Assembly (NCBI RefSeq): GCF_001194135.2
Contig: NC_068983.1
Coordinates: 98,754,927 to 98,818,926 of the forward strand
DNA from: Octopus bimaculoides
Taxonomy: Eukaryota
Direction of reading: 5' to 3'
Length of the DNA stretch: 64,000 nt
In this document: positions 12,980 through 25,662 of the stretch, piece after piece
How the letters are laid out: every line of letters begins with the position of its first letter
How positions within the stretch are numbered: position 1 is the stretch's first letter
Notes under the pieces: generated by a model
What the model was told of the DNA's origin: nothing
Databases searched by the model: none
Seen by the model: the letters and a program-made list of their open reading frames with translations, nothing else
Program-made: the position numbers and the translations under genes

Positions 12980-14186
12980 TTACATACGTACATAACATAC
13001 ATACATAAATACATGTAGTGGATAAATACTAACAAGAAATGCTGCGAGGGGGTTAGTAGACATCCTACTGAAGTCAAATTTACATTTTTACATTTCATCT
13101 TCTCTAGATTAATAAAATAAAGTATCCAGTCAAGTGCTGGATTTGATGTCATCAACTAATCTCTCCTTCAAAACTGCTGTTTTATAAATGATCATTATTT
13201 GCTGTGGATGCATGCGTTTCACAGAATTCCATTTATGTAATTTCTTTCTTGCACCACCACCACCATCATGGTTTTTAATGCCCACTCTCTCATGTTCACA
13301 TGGGTGTAAGGCGGAATTAGTTAAGATTGAATTTTTCTACAGTTGAATGTCCTTCTTTTGGCAACATTCATCTGTTTCAAATCAAGGTAATATTTTCTCA
13401 TTACCAGGTTTTTAAAAAAAATATTTGGTAATGAAGGTTATCACTGCTTGCACAACAGTAATAAACACGCACATGTGTGAAGGATTTCTTTCAGTTTCCA
13501 TGTACCAAATCCAAGGACTGGTTGGCCAGGAGTTATATATAAAATACTTGCCCAAGATACCATGCAGTGGAACTGAACCCGGAATCATGTGGTTGGGAAG
13601 TAAACTTATCACACAGTCACACATGTGCCTCATCATCATTTAATGTATGTTGTCCATGTTTGTATGGGTTGGATGGTTTGACCAGGGATGGTAAGTTGAG
13701 GAGCTGTACCAGACTCCAGTTGGATTTAGCTGTAAATCATCAAATTATACCGTGCTCCTGTCTCTTCCACAAGCTAAAATAATAGGCTCTTTAGAACATT
13801 CTGGTTACACCCGATCTCTGCATGGACCTACACACTGCACATGCCTCTCACATCACATTTCACATATTTCCTGTCACTCAGTCCCACCTCTTCAAATACT
13901 ACATACAATTCTTTCTCCACCATGTGTTCCCAAAACGCTGTAAACTTTCACCTTTTAAGATTCATTCCACTAAATCCCTCCCTCACCACCATCTGATTTA
14001 AGAAAAGACCTGTTCAGACAAAGGAAGTAATAATTCTGACACCCCACTCCACCTCCATCTCCAGTTTTCCAAAAGTCTTGTGTCACCAAACAAATCTTGT
14101 AAATTAATAATAATCATTTCTACAATGGGCACAAGGCCAGCAAATTAACAATAATAATAATAAAAGATAAAAATTGCTAAACTTAC

Positions 14187-14302
14187 CAAAACTAATAAGT
14201 CAAACTGTTTGCACATCAAGGTGTACTGAGGTACTTGAAGGATACAGTCAAAAACTGTTTGAATAAGACCTTTCTGGGAACCAATTTTAGTGCAGCCATA
14301 AT
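14187..14302 (-). CDS. WAPL: WAPL exon G: (D)YGCTKIGSQKGLIQTVFDCILQVPQYTLMCKQFDLLVL
   Basis: Acceptor cttcccaatttag, donor GTAAGT; 116 nt, phase 1 to 0. Aligns to human [38 protein letters not shown]. Confidence 0.92.
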
Positions 14303-14768
14303 CTAAATTGGGAAGAAAGAACAGTTTTAAAGTAATAGCAATAATATTAGCTTCAAATTTTGGCACACGACCAGAGTAATAACAGTAATATTGAGAGTGG
14401 GAAAGAAAGAGTATAAAAGATAAAGAGGAAGAGAGGGGGAGGGAGGGAGGGAGAAAGGTAAAAGTGTAAAAAGTTAGAAACTGATGAAGATGTATTAGCA
14501 GCAACAAAATTGGAAACAATCTGAAATTGAACAATGAATGGCTGTTGTATTGTGGCTGATATCCTTGTCTTCATAACTAACTGCAGCATGACACCATTTA
14601 ACTAACATAAGCAATTCCCCCAACAAGAAATGCAAGGAATCTAGCCTCATTCAACAGGAGAGGAACATTATTAAGAATACACATACAGTGAACAAGAATT
14701 ACTTCCAGACATGACAGAGTTAGTGGAAGCACCCCAATTCTTCTTTTACTTTATAGTTGACTCAGGTG

Positions 14769-14802
<34 letters not shown>

Positions 14803-15120
14803 ATGCATGCATACAAGGTGGGGCTGATGCTCACTCTTTGGCCCTTTATCATTTAAACTGGCCATATCCAGCCTTTCACATTTACTTTACAATGTTATCC
14901 TAAAAATAAACAATCACATCATTGAAATCTTGAAGCTACAAGATATTCATCATCATCAGCATCCTTTCACATCCGTTTTCCATACTGGCATGGGTTAGAC
15001 AGTTTGACTGGAGTTGGTAAGCCGGAGAGCTGCACAAGGCTCCAGTCTGTTTTGGCATGGCTTCTACAGTTGGATGCCCTTCCTAATGCCAACCACTTTA
15101 CATAATGTACTGGGTGTCTT

Positions 15121-15362
15121 TTATGTATCACTGGCACAATTGCTCTTTTACGTGTCACTGGCATGGGTGCCCTTGAACGTGTCACTGGCATGGGTGCCCT
15201 TGAACGTGTCACTGGCATGGGTGCCCCTGAACGTGTCACCAGCACAGGTGCCTCTCATGTGTCACTGAATATGTCACCAGCATGAATGTCTCTCACATGC
15301 CATTGGCGCGGATGTCTTCTATGAGTCACTGGCATCAGTGCCATTCATGTGTCACTGGCACT
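15121..15362. repeat. 27-bp minisatellite (CGTGTCACTGGCATGGGTGCCCTTGAA)
   Basis: Three near-identical units from 15151 plus degenerate flanking units; produces 9-aa periodic ORFs. Confidence 0.9.
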
Positions 15363-15797
15363 GGCCACAACCATGATTTCACTTAGCTTGACATGTCTGT
15401 CACCAGCATGAGTAATTCAAAACAGTGTGAATCATCATCATCATCATCGTTTAACGTTCATCTTCCATGCATACATTGGTAGGATGGTTGACAGGAGCTG
15501 ACCAGGTAGAAAAACTACCCTAGGCTACCGTGTCTATTTTGGCAGGGTTTTTATGGCTGGATGCCCTTCCTAACACCAACCACTGGCAAAGTAATCTGAA
15601 TGTGAAAGAGTTAAGTCATGAGTGTAGAACAGAAGACTAGTATTCTGTTCCATTGTCCACTGCGGTCACAACTTGGCAGGGTCAATGATCTGGTTAAGCA
15701 GGCAGAAATATCAGATTTTGCAAGAAACAATGGTTGAGTAAAGAACAAAGCCAAAAAAGCTAAGTGTTTGGTGAGAGTATCTAAACATTCAACTTAC

Positions 15798-15958
15798 CAT
15801 TTTCGTGTGTTAAGTTGAGCAGAACACGTAAAATGGCCAGCATGCAACTGAAGATAATCCAGCCATTGGACTCCTTATCCAATGAACTTTCACTCGGTCG
15901 ATCAGGATCATCCCGCAAAGGAAAGTTAGAAATCGTACTCTGACAATGCCGCAAAGTT
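15798..15958 (-). CDS. WAPL: WAPL exon F: TLRHCQSTISNFPLRDDPDRPSESSLDKESNGWIIFSCMLAILRVLLNLTHEN(D)
   Basis: Acceptor tttttctatccag, donor GTAAGT; 161 nt, phase 2 to 1. Ends with the conserved CM.AI..VLLNLT motif. Confidence 0.92.
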
Positions 15959-16109
15959 CTGGATAGAAAAAAAAGAAAAAGAAAGAAGACATCTAGAATG
16001 GAACAACAATTGCAATAATTTCTGTCAAGATTTTAATAAACATTAGTTCTTTATCAAATATTTAGTCCTTGACAATGTATTGTTGATTTGTTATTATCTA
16101 GCCTCATTT

Positions 16110-16630
16110 AAGGTAGTGAGCTGCCAGAATTGTTAAGCACGCAGGGCAAAATGGTTAGCAGCATTTTGTCTTTTAGAAATAATACATTTCTAAATCTCTC
16201 AGAGAGATTTATGCAGTAGTGATACGATGAAGTAGTTGTATGCTGTCAACTTAATGTGACAGTCCCCTGAAGGGAATAATACTACTGTTGGTTAGACCTA
16301 GGAAGCTGCACAGCTATGTGTCAAGGCCGACAGGAAGCGGTGCAGCTTCCTAGGTCTAACCAACAGTAGTATTATTCCCTTCAGGGGACTGTCACATTAA
16401 GTTGACAGCATACAACTACTTCAGCATTTTGTCTGTCTTTATGTTCTGAGTTCAAATTCTGCTGAAGTTGACTTTGTCTTACATCTTTTTGGGGTTGATA
16501 AAATAAGTACTAGTTGAGTGCTGGGGTTGATGTAATTGACTTTCATAAGTACTAGTTGAGCACTAGGCTCAATGTAATTGACTTAACCCCTCCCCCAAAA
16601 TTGCTGGCCTTGTGCCAAAATTTGAGACCA
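16110..16630 (+). mobile_element. Further SINE-like family, copy split by the fold-back insertion
   Basis: TTCTGAGTTCAAATTC...GACTTTG(C/T)CTT(T/A)CATC...AAATAAGTAC...CTGGCCTTGTGCCAAAATTT. Other copies near 6420-6605, 9150-9367, 30135-30340, 61335-61530, 61775-61950, 62815-62965. Confidence 0.7.
16172..16421. mobile_element. Fold-back retroelement insertion, copy 1 (Penelope-like architecture)
   Basis: Perfect 83-bp inverted repeat (16229-16311 / 16340-16422), unpaired ~57-bp tail on the left, 13-bp direct repeat CAGCATTTTGTCT at 16159-16171 and 16422-16434. Confidence 0.7.
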
Positions 16631-16970
16631 TTATTTAGCCTCGTGAAGCTGGTGGATTGGCAGAAATAGTAGAGTGTTCGACAAATTGCTTTATATTATT
16701 TCTCCTGGCTCTTTATGGTCTGAGTTCACCATGGTCAATTTTGCCTTTCATACTTTCAGGGTCAAACAAACACAGGGGACGATATTGTCAACTACTTCTC
16801 CCCTCAAGTTTCTATGCTTTGTGCCTAAGGTAGAAAATATTATCTAGATCTAAATCAGTTCTAGTCAAATGATATCTTTTCTTCTTCATTTCTCAGAAAG
16901 CGTTATTTTTATTTCAAGATGGTAGGATGTGGTTTTGAATGACATTTTGCTATTTCATCAGACTGAGTGA

Positions 16971-16995
16971 TGCCGCCGCCACCGCCACCACCGCC

Positions 16996-17027
<32 letters not shown>

Positions 17028-17060
17028 CAACAACACCACCACCACCACCACCACCACCAC
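16971..17060. repeat. Compound (CCG/CCA/CAA)n microsatellite
   Basis: Trinucleotide runs; explain the poly-W/C/H ORFs. Confidence 0.95.
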
Positions 17061-17919
17061 ATTAGCTTGTGATTATGAGCATAACATGTATACATATATT
17101 TAGTTGTAGAAAAACATGCCCAATGTATTCTACTCATGAAAGAACAACAAAAGAAACAACCAATATCATGGCAATAAAACAAGTTCTTCTTCTTCTTTGC
17201 CACTGCTGTCACTACTACCACCCACACCACTTACTTATGATTGGTGATTGAGAGATAAGAGAGTATCAGAAAGCATGACGAGGGAAGCAAAATCATAGTA
17301 GAGAGATTTAGTGATAGAGAGATGAGTAGCTGTGATAGAGCAACAGGAAGCTTAAACAGGCTTTACTGGCTAATATGCTTAAAAGTAGATATACATAACA
17401 CACAATCTCCATCATTACCATTATTATTTGCTATGCCATGCTTGCAAGAGTGGGTGGGTCTTCTCCAGCACTGAGTTTCACCAACTGCCATGATTCACTG
17501 TCATTTTTGTGAGGTCAGGTCTTCCTCACTGCATTACATCTTTTTAGTCATCTTTAACAGGATCTTGCTCAAGGTGCCACACAGTGGGACAGAACCCGTA
17601 ACCATGTGGTTGTTAAGCAAGCTACTTACCACACAGCCACTACTTTTTTGTGGCATTTCAAGCACGGTCATTTCCCTTATGGGTATACAGTTTTATCTTC
17701 CTATTTACCAAAACTTCACTAAGTTTATTTTGAGGGCTCACCATTCTAAGTTTTGCTTTCAATTATGAAATTTCTTCTCTAAATCTACAATAAATTCAGT
17801 TATAAGAATTTTCTCAATCTCCAGCTAAGTAAACCATCTCTTCATGCTACTTGGTATTGTTCTGCTCTGTACCCTTTCCTCCTGATTTTCCTAGTCTGTT
17901 TCCTCGCTTTTATAGCTCT

Positions 17920-18074
17920 GTGGCTGTGTGGTAAGTAGCTTGCTTACGAACCACAAGGTTCCAGGTTCAGTCCCACTGCATGGAACCTTGGGCAAGTGTC
18001 TTCTACTATAGCCTCAACCAAAGCCTTGTGAGTGGATTTGGCAGGCAGAAACTGAAAGAAGCCCGTCGTATATA

Positions 18075-18116
<42 letters not shown>

Positions 18117-18334
18117 GTATATATGTATGTTTGTGTCTGTGTTTGTCCCCCCGACATCGCTTGACAACCGATGCTGGTGTGTTTACGTCCCCATAGCTTA
18201 GCGGTTCGGCAAAAGAGACCGATAGAATAAGTGCTAGGCTTACAAAGAATAAGTCCTGGGGTCGATTTGGTCGACTAAAGGCGGTGCTCCAGCATGGCCA
18301 CAGTCAAATGACTGAAACAAAAGAGTAAAACAGT
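17920..18334 (+). mobile_element. Dominant SINE family, gap-free low-divergence copy
   Basis: Same head, (TA)n core and 3' part as the 6608 copy. Confidence 0.85.
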
Positions 18335-18974
18335 AATGCTCCACCACCACATTGCCTCCCAACTGGCTAGAAACTTGCAACGGACACGGATCTATTCTGT
18401 AGCCCAAGGCAGGTTGACCTGTAAAAACTGCTAGTTTTCCTCTGCTATAAACTACCATCACCTCCTCCCACCTGTCATAAGCATCATCTAATATTTTTAT
18501 GAATTTATAAGCAATCAAAAGCTCTTTCAGCTTCTTTGCGGAAAGTAAATTAAAATACAAAAAATACAGATAGAAACCTGAAGAATTCTCTATCCAGATA
18601 TGAAATGATGGAATAAGAGGTTAGAAGTAGTTTTGTGGCTTTAACAGGTGCAGTGTATCAAACACTAAACAATTTGCCTTGAGTGGTTAAGATATGAAAT
18701 CTATTCCAGATTATAACATAATGGTGGCGATGATGGTGACATTGTTATTTCAAATTCTCTGTAAGTATCAGTTCAAGTCTTAAAACCTCATCTTCACCAG
18801 ATAAAGTACTTGATCGAACAATCCTGACAAATAATTAGAGTTGGAGGGAGAGGGCGGATGTTGGGTGACAAAACAAAACAGAACAAAAAAAAAAAAAAAA
18901 NNNNNNNNNNAAAAAAAAAAAAAAAAAAAGAAAAAAATTTAAAAATCATGGAAACAAGTTTAATGACAACTTAC

Positions 18975-19051
18975 GTGTTGAGTGAATTCACAAGTGCACA
19001 TTGTTTGTATGAGATCAGAAAACTTTGATTTTCAATATTAGTAACAGTTAC
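18975..19051 (-). CDS. WAPL: WAPL exon E: VTVTNIENQSFLISYKQCALVNSLN(T)
   Basis: Long polypyrimidine acceptor ctttcttctag, donor GTAAGT; 77 nt, phase 0 to 2. Aligns to human VTVHNPENQSYLIAYK. Confidence 0.92.
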
Positions 19052-20135
19052 CTAGAAGAAAGAGAAAGAGAGAAAGCAAGAAACAGTGAGAGACTGAAGC
19101 ATGTGATTATGACATTTATTGGTTATCTATATTAAATATTATACTGAAGTACATATTAACACTCGATAGACACATGCATATACACCCCCCCCACACACAC
19201 ACACACACGCACACACAAATCCTTCTGATAATATCCTATAAGTAACGAGCATATGTTGCGATGCTATATTCATGAGATAAGTTCATTCATAACAAATAAA
19301 GTGAAACATACATCCATGTACACATAAAAGGTTACATATGAGCATAGATACATGGTCAATAAGTTTAGAAAAGTATGGGAAAACTTGAAACATAAACAGA
19401 GCTTTCAAGGAATAATTTGAAGTACATTTTTTCCTTTTTACTATGTTTTTTTTTACATCTAAAAACATCAATTATAGGGTTGTTTTTTTTTACTTGATCA
19501 AGCTGCAATGTGAGACGAAGTGAAATGTATACAATTTTAGAAAAAATAGTATGCTTTTGTCAAGGGGTTGGGTGTACTTTGGGTTGTAATTTGGAGTGGA
19601 TCAATGATTACATCACACTGTTTACATCGGTTTGCTGTGCACTGAGGTAAGATAAATTATTCAGTTAATGAATGGCATCGACATGGCAATCATTAGCTTC
19701 ATCACTTTGGGAGGAAAAAAAAAATTGAATTAAAATATAAATGCTTTTGCTGGTTGTGAAAACAAAACAGTAATAAGTTTTGATTGACAAAAGTAAGATT
19801 GATGCCCTGAGATCAAATTATTGGCAGAAAGAATTTGAACCTTAAATATTAAGTGTGTGTACTTGTATGTATTCATATATTTTTACATTAAATTAAAGGA
19901 TCACTCAATACATTTTAGTGAAATACATATATATTGTCACAAAGAAAAGCTTTCCTTGTACAAATAATTATAATTTTTAATAATAATAGTAGTAATATAT
20001 TTGTGTATTTATATGATATAATATACATATATGTGTGTGTGCGTGTAAATATATATGTATGTATGTATATATGTGTGTGTGTGCATGTGTGTAACACACA
20101 CACACAAATAGCAACAAGAGAGAGAAAAATCAATC

Positions 20136-21454
20136 AGTAAATCCTACTCTGCTGAAACAGTGATTAAAATAAGTTCTACACCAGTTTACAACATTGCTAT
20201 ATTGCCACATGCTGTGAGTTGAAAAAAAAAAAATCTGGTTGTTTGTCTCTAGACTCCGCAATTCACCAACAATTAATATTAAACATTATAATTTTCACTC
20301 GAGTGACAAAAGTGCAAGTGTTATCCTTAACTTAGAGATCACTTGTGTATTTAATTCCATATCTCTTTCAAATTTTTTAGTGTTTGCAAACAATTCATAT
20401 CTACCACGGACTACTGTTCCGCCCTTTATACCCTTGTTCACTATTCACCACATTCACCTATCTTTAATCATCCCTTACCCTCTCCACGCACTCCTTCAAC
20501 CCCTGCTTATTATCCATTTTAATCTTTTGTCCTCTGTTTTCTTCTATTTGTCTTCCTGTATCTTGCCGACATACTAGTCCCAACCATCTTTACCTCTCTT
20601 TCTGGCACTACACTAACTATAGCCACCTACCCTCATATAATGTAAAGGTAGCCTTATATCTCCTCTGCAGCAAAAAGTCAGTTCCTATCCCTCCTTTCAT
20701 ATTTTAACAGCCAAACAGCTAGCACAAAGCTGCCTCCTTGTCTATCATATGTCCACCCAGTCTTTGGTCTTGCAAATTGCATGGTAACCTCACTAATGCT
20801 GGTGCTTTGAAAAAAGTAGCCAGTACTCTCTGTGAAGTGGTTGGTGTCAGGAAGGGTGTGGACCCATGAAAATCATACTAAAGCAAACAGTGGAATATAA
20901 CACGCTCTCCTATACATACATACATTTCAATATGTACATATAGGCATACAGGAACACATACACAAGGATGATCTACCTGATGCCTATGGATACTATGGAC
21001 TACATTGTAATCATCCCAGGAATACGGACTGTGATCTTAAAAGACGTAATCTGTGGAAACATGAGCAGCTATGCATTCCATCCAAGGATTATTGTTATTA
21101 TTACTATACATATATATACATACACACACACATATATATAGTTTACGTATCTATTCACACATATAGAAAAAAGAGAAAGGGAAGAAAGTGAGTTAAACAA
21201 TGCTGACACGAAAAATTTAATTGGAGCACAAAAATTGATTTATCAAGTAATCAATTACCATTTATACATAGTGATTCAATTCTGTTTAGACAATAGCTAA
21301 AGTAAGTTGCAAATCTAGTGAGACACTGGCTAAAGTAAGTTCTATTCCAGTGAGACTGTGGTGAAAGTAAATTCTACTCAGCTGAAACAGTGATTAAAAT
21401 AAGTTCTACACCAGTTTACAACATTTCTATATTGCCACATGCTGTGAGTTGAAA
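20136..21454. repeat. 89-bp direct repeat pair (20136-20224 and 21366-21454)
   Basis: Three mismatches between copies; the second copy ends a degenerate ~32-bp tandem array starting near 21297. Confidence 0.85.
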
Positions 21455-22184
21455 TTCCATTAAGACATTGGTTTGAACATGATATACCAGCTTTGAAGGT
21501 CATATCAATTAAGTGTTTTGCAATCTCATAAAATGTAAAACTTAATCCACTTTATGAATATTTAAGAAACTCATTAAGCAACAAACTGAATGGCAGAAAT
21601 AGGAAACCACTCCCTGAATCATGAAATATCATCTCATTCTGGTCATTCAATGTAAAGCTAATTCTTTACATAAATTCAATCTCACCTACAAACCAAGATT
21701 TTATAAACAGCCAAAATAGATTAATATTTAAATTATCAATATATATATATATTGCATGATAATAATAAGAGAGGAATCTATTCCAGACTGAGACAATGGA
21801 GCATGACATGGTCTTCCAACTCATGAGATCTAGTCAAAATGTCCAGCATGGAAAGCAAACAAATGATACACACACACTAACATCAGTTTGGGTTGTAAAC
21901 ATAACTGAATAGACAAACAGTTAATTTATTTACATATTTCATTTTACACCACAATTTCGAAACAATAGTTAAAGGATTCATATGGACCAATGACCAGCTC
22001 CTATGTATGGAGGGGGAGGTCTACCTTATAGCTACAAGGTCCTCAGTTTGACTTCAATGCATAGCATTTTCAGTAAATGTTATTTTCTGTAACCTAGAGT
22101 CAACATACACTTTGTGCTTGAAACTGGGTAGATGGAAACAGTAAAGAAGTCCATCAAATTGTTTCCGACGGAAGTCAAAATCTC

Positions 22185-22449
22185 AAAAGGGGAGATGTGG
22201 TGAGAGTCGTGATACCTACTGTGAGAATAGACTTGACCAAAAACGACTATAAATAGTAGCAGTCTGAGTGAGAAACAGAGAGAGTAGGCATTAATTGCAG
22301 GAAGTTGTAAGGTGTCGTCTTGGTAATTTGTCAGAATATCGTTTGTTGGATTGCTATGTTGCTGTTATCCTGCTTCGTTATATATATTTTATTGTTACTA
22401 CACGGTTATAGTGTAAAAAAGTATCATCATAATAATTAGCGATACAACA
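22185..22449 (+). mobile_element. 3' LTR (22196-22449) of an LTR retrotransposon with preceding polypurine tract
   Basis: AAAAGGGGAGA (22185-22195) directly before TGTGGT; TATAAATA at 22248-22255; ends ACAACA at 22449 (TG...CA termini). Confidence 0.65.
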
Positions 22450-23810
22450 CAGATATAAAAAAAAACAATGAAAATTCTATGTTGTCACATTTGTGGTACC
22501 CTAGTGTTCTGAGTATGACTTTGAACTGCATCCAGCAGTACGGCCCTGGTTCAGAGTTTTGGGGAGTGTGGAATCACCTCTTAGCCACTACTGTTCCCGG
22601 GTTTACTCTGACTCAGAGTAACAGCCCCTATTAAGGCCCCAGTTATGGGTTAATTAGTATATTAGGGTTTGCCCACTAATGGATGTGAAGACTGGATCTG
22701 ATGGACTCTACAGAAAAAAAAAGATCTTCATGGTGCAAAGGAGGGGAAGGTGGCTGTAGCAACACACTGTGGAGTGCAAAGAGCAAGATGTGGCAAGTAA
22801 GACATCTTGGTTGTCCAATGCATCATGTTTCCATCCCCAGTCATCTTGAACTGGTCTTGCACTAGATTAAAGACGCTCGCAGACAAGAGAATGGGGATGA
22901 CAGTGTGCAACCCTTCTTCACTTTAAACAAAGTCACTGCACAAATCATCAAGCATCTTTAAGGAAGACTTGATGGTGCTTGTTGTTCCAATGGACAAACA
23001 TGTATACTCTAGAGACATGATCGTACACCCTTGGGCAGGCAGTTTTCATTTGTCAATAAAATAAACTGACAGACTGGTATCAACAGATGCATCAGTATCA
23101 TCACCTTTCAGACCAATCACTTGGTGCAGCAACAACTTGTTCATCCATCAAGATGCTTTGACATCAACAGACATGCCTACTTCATCATCTACTGGGTCAC
23201 TCAACAAATGCAACCACTTCATTATGTGTGACTAAATGACAATCACAATTCAGTCCCATCAACTGACTTAGACCAACATCATGTTAACAAATGTCACTCT
23301 TAAAAGCTATCATAGAAGAGAATACCAACTTTCTGTTATACTCTATGATAAAATATGTTTACAAAAAGATTACACTATGTAACATGAATTTTATCCTTAG
23401 GTATTTCCTATTTGCTTACTTCTAGAATGTAGGAAAAATAACTAATATTTCCTTCAAACTTTGCTTTTGTTACATTTATTCAAATCCCAAAGAATTCTTC
23501 CTAACATGTGGCTATGATGCTCCCTAAATACTTCTGCTCATGATCAGAGATACACATATTGTCAGCCACTAAGGTCAAGCAACTGACAAGAAAATCTATT
23601 GTATTGAGCAGAATATTTGCTAGAATGATATTTCTGAAATGTAATGGAAAATAGACCAGTTTCAAAACATTGATGTCCAGGTCACAGAAGCAACAAAGTT
23701 TGAAGGGAATAGTAGTCATTTCCTTTGAATATTTAGATAGAAGAAAATAGGAAATAAAATTACTGACCAAAGACAAAAAAAAAAAATGTTACACAGTGTT
23801 GTCAGTTTAT

Positions 23811-23850
<40 letters not shown>

Positions 23851-25039
23851 AAGACTAATTTCCTACAATATCTAGCCTTAGAATCATACTTATATCTGAA
23901 CAACAGTCATCACAATAAATAATTAATAGATAATACAAATATGTATCCATCTCTCTTCCTACCCCTCCTCTCTCTCTCTCGGCTGAGTAACCATGTACCT
24001 CTTCTATAGCAAGACACTCGTTTCTGCCTCTGTCATACTCTAATCTTTCATCATCTGACACAAGATCACCTCCTCTAATGCCCCCTCCCCCTCTCAAAAT
24101 TCCTTGTCTTGTGAGTTACTTGGTGGCCCTGCTTGTGCTGGTGCCACATAAAAAGCATCCAGTCAAGTGGTTGGCATTTGGAAGTGCATCCAGCTGTAAA
24201 AACCATGCCAAAACTGGCTTCACCTGTGCTGATGCCACGAAAAAAAAACACTCAGTTCGCTCTACAGGGTGGTTGGTGTTAAGAAGGGCATCTCACTGTA
24301 AAAACCTTGTAGCCTGGTGTAGTCTTCTACCTGGCTAGCTCCTGTCAAATCATCCAACCCATGCCAGCATAGAAGACAGATGTTAAATGATGATGATAAG
24401 GAGGAAGTCTTGATGTAGTTGACTGACCTGCTAGAAATAGCAGCTGAATATCTCTTAAATCATACCATCTTCAATAAAGAAAGAAATACAGACTAAAGCA
24501 GTCCTAGATATACTGTGCCCAATAAATAAAGCAAGAAGGTCATAAGTTGAAAAGCCTTCAGTTTTATAAAATCTGCTGCTTCAAGGTTGACTTGGAATTA
24601 ACTAGCCATAAAATAGTTCAATCAATCCTGTCATAAAGCCAATCAGAATCAAGACACAGGAGAAGAACCAATAAACAGCAATTAACAAACAGTCATTGCA
24701 AGGAGGAATATCTTGATGATATAAACCCACAAGCTATGTAAGCTTCAAAAGCCACAGAAGGGAGAGGTACTACTGTATGATAAAGTGACATAAAGTTGAA
24801 AAGAAAATAGAAAAACCCAGATGGAGAGGGACCTATTAAATCAAATTCTCCACCTTGCCACTGCCACTTCCAGGCTTCCACATAAATTTTGTTTACCAAT
24901 TTCCACTCACAAAGCACTGGTCAACTGGAGACTCCACTCGAGGACACTCACCAATGCCTTGTGCAGTGGAATTACATGGTTGCAAAGCAAACTTTTTAAC
25001 CACATACCATGCCAGTACCTACACACACAAACACATGTA

Positions 25040-25202
25040 TACACAATCTCATACATACACACACATGTACAAACAGCATACACTCTCACACACGCACATG
25101 TAAATAGTATACACAATCTCATACACACATACACACTCACAAACATACATGTAAACAGTATACACAATCTTGTACACACATGTACAAACAGTATTCACAA
25201 TT

Positions 25203-25245
<43 letters not shown>

Positions 25246-25280
25246 AACATGTAAACAATATACACAATCTCACATACACA
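25040..25280. repeat. Degenerate CA-derived minisatellite (core CATGTAAACAGTATACACAATCTCA)
   Basis: Core recurs 5-6 times with variable spacers. Confidence 0.7.
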
Positions 25281-25555
25281 CAAAAATTTGGGAATGGCTA
25301 TGTGTTTAAGAAAGTTTCCCTCGCAATTATATGGTTCTTGGTTCAGCCCCTCTGCATGGCACCTTGGGCAAGTGTCTTCTAATATATTCTTGAGTTGAAT
25401 AATGCATCGAGAGCAAAATTTCAGAACTGGAAACTGTACAGAAGCCTGTCATATAATTTACTTTAACTTCTTACCACACTGCCATGCCTGAGCCTATAGT
25501 TACACTCCCACCTCTAAACCACAATGATAAAATGAAAAATTAAATATAAACTTAC

Positions 25556-25662
25556 ACTTTCCAGAACCCTAAGGCATCTGTCAACTTTTTCTAACTTCCT
25601 TCTGTGTGCATGGTCCATGGTTTTTATGTAGTGGGTTTCTAGCGACTCTACACAAGAACACA
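25556..25662 (-). CDS. WAPL: WAPL exon D: (V)CSCVESLETHYIKTMDHAHRRKLEKVDRCLRVLES
   Basis: Acceptor ctctgtttcag, donor GTAAGT; 107 nt, phase 1 to 0. Contains the conserved RCLRVLES motif. Confidence 0.92.

Noticed and set aside
16261-16311. Possible hammerhead ribozyme in the fold-back arm
   Set aside because: The nearest match is CTGAAGG...GAAG, not the required CTGAnGA...GAAA, and I could not draw the three stems.
18240-18560. 106-aa minus-strand ORF with a charged segment (KKLKELLIAYKFIKILDDAYDRWEEV)
   Set aside because: No similarity to WAPL or any family I recognise; its end runs into a SINE; not needed for the WAPL frame.
18745-18823. Possible alternative last exon of WAPL (IVRSSTLSGEDEVLRLELILTENLK*), phase-compatible with exon E
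   Set aside because: Only 25 codons, a one-in-three phase match by chance, no clear poly(A) signal nearby, and the normal next exon is intact.
22720-23280. GC-richer tract with faint RT-like words (KKGCTLSSPF)
   Set aside because: May be an old RTE fragment but is too degraded to call without a search.
23480-23740. 91-aa minus-strand ORF and in-register plus frame with four stops
   Set aside because: Composition looks like antisense or junk translation; no recognisable motif or splice structure.
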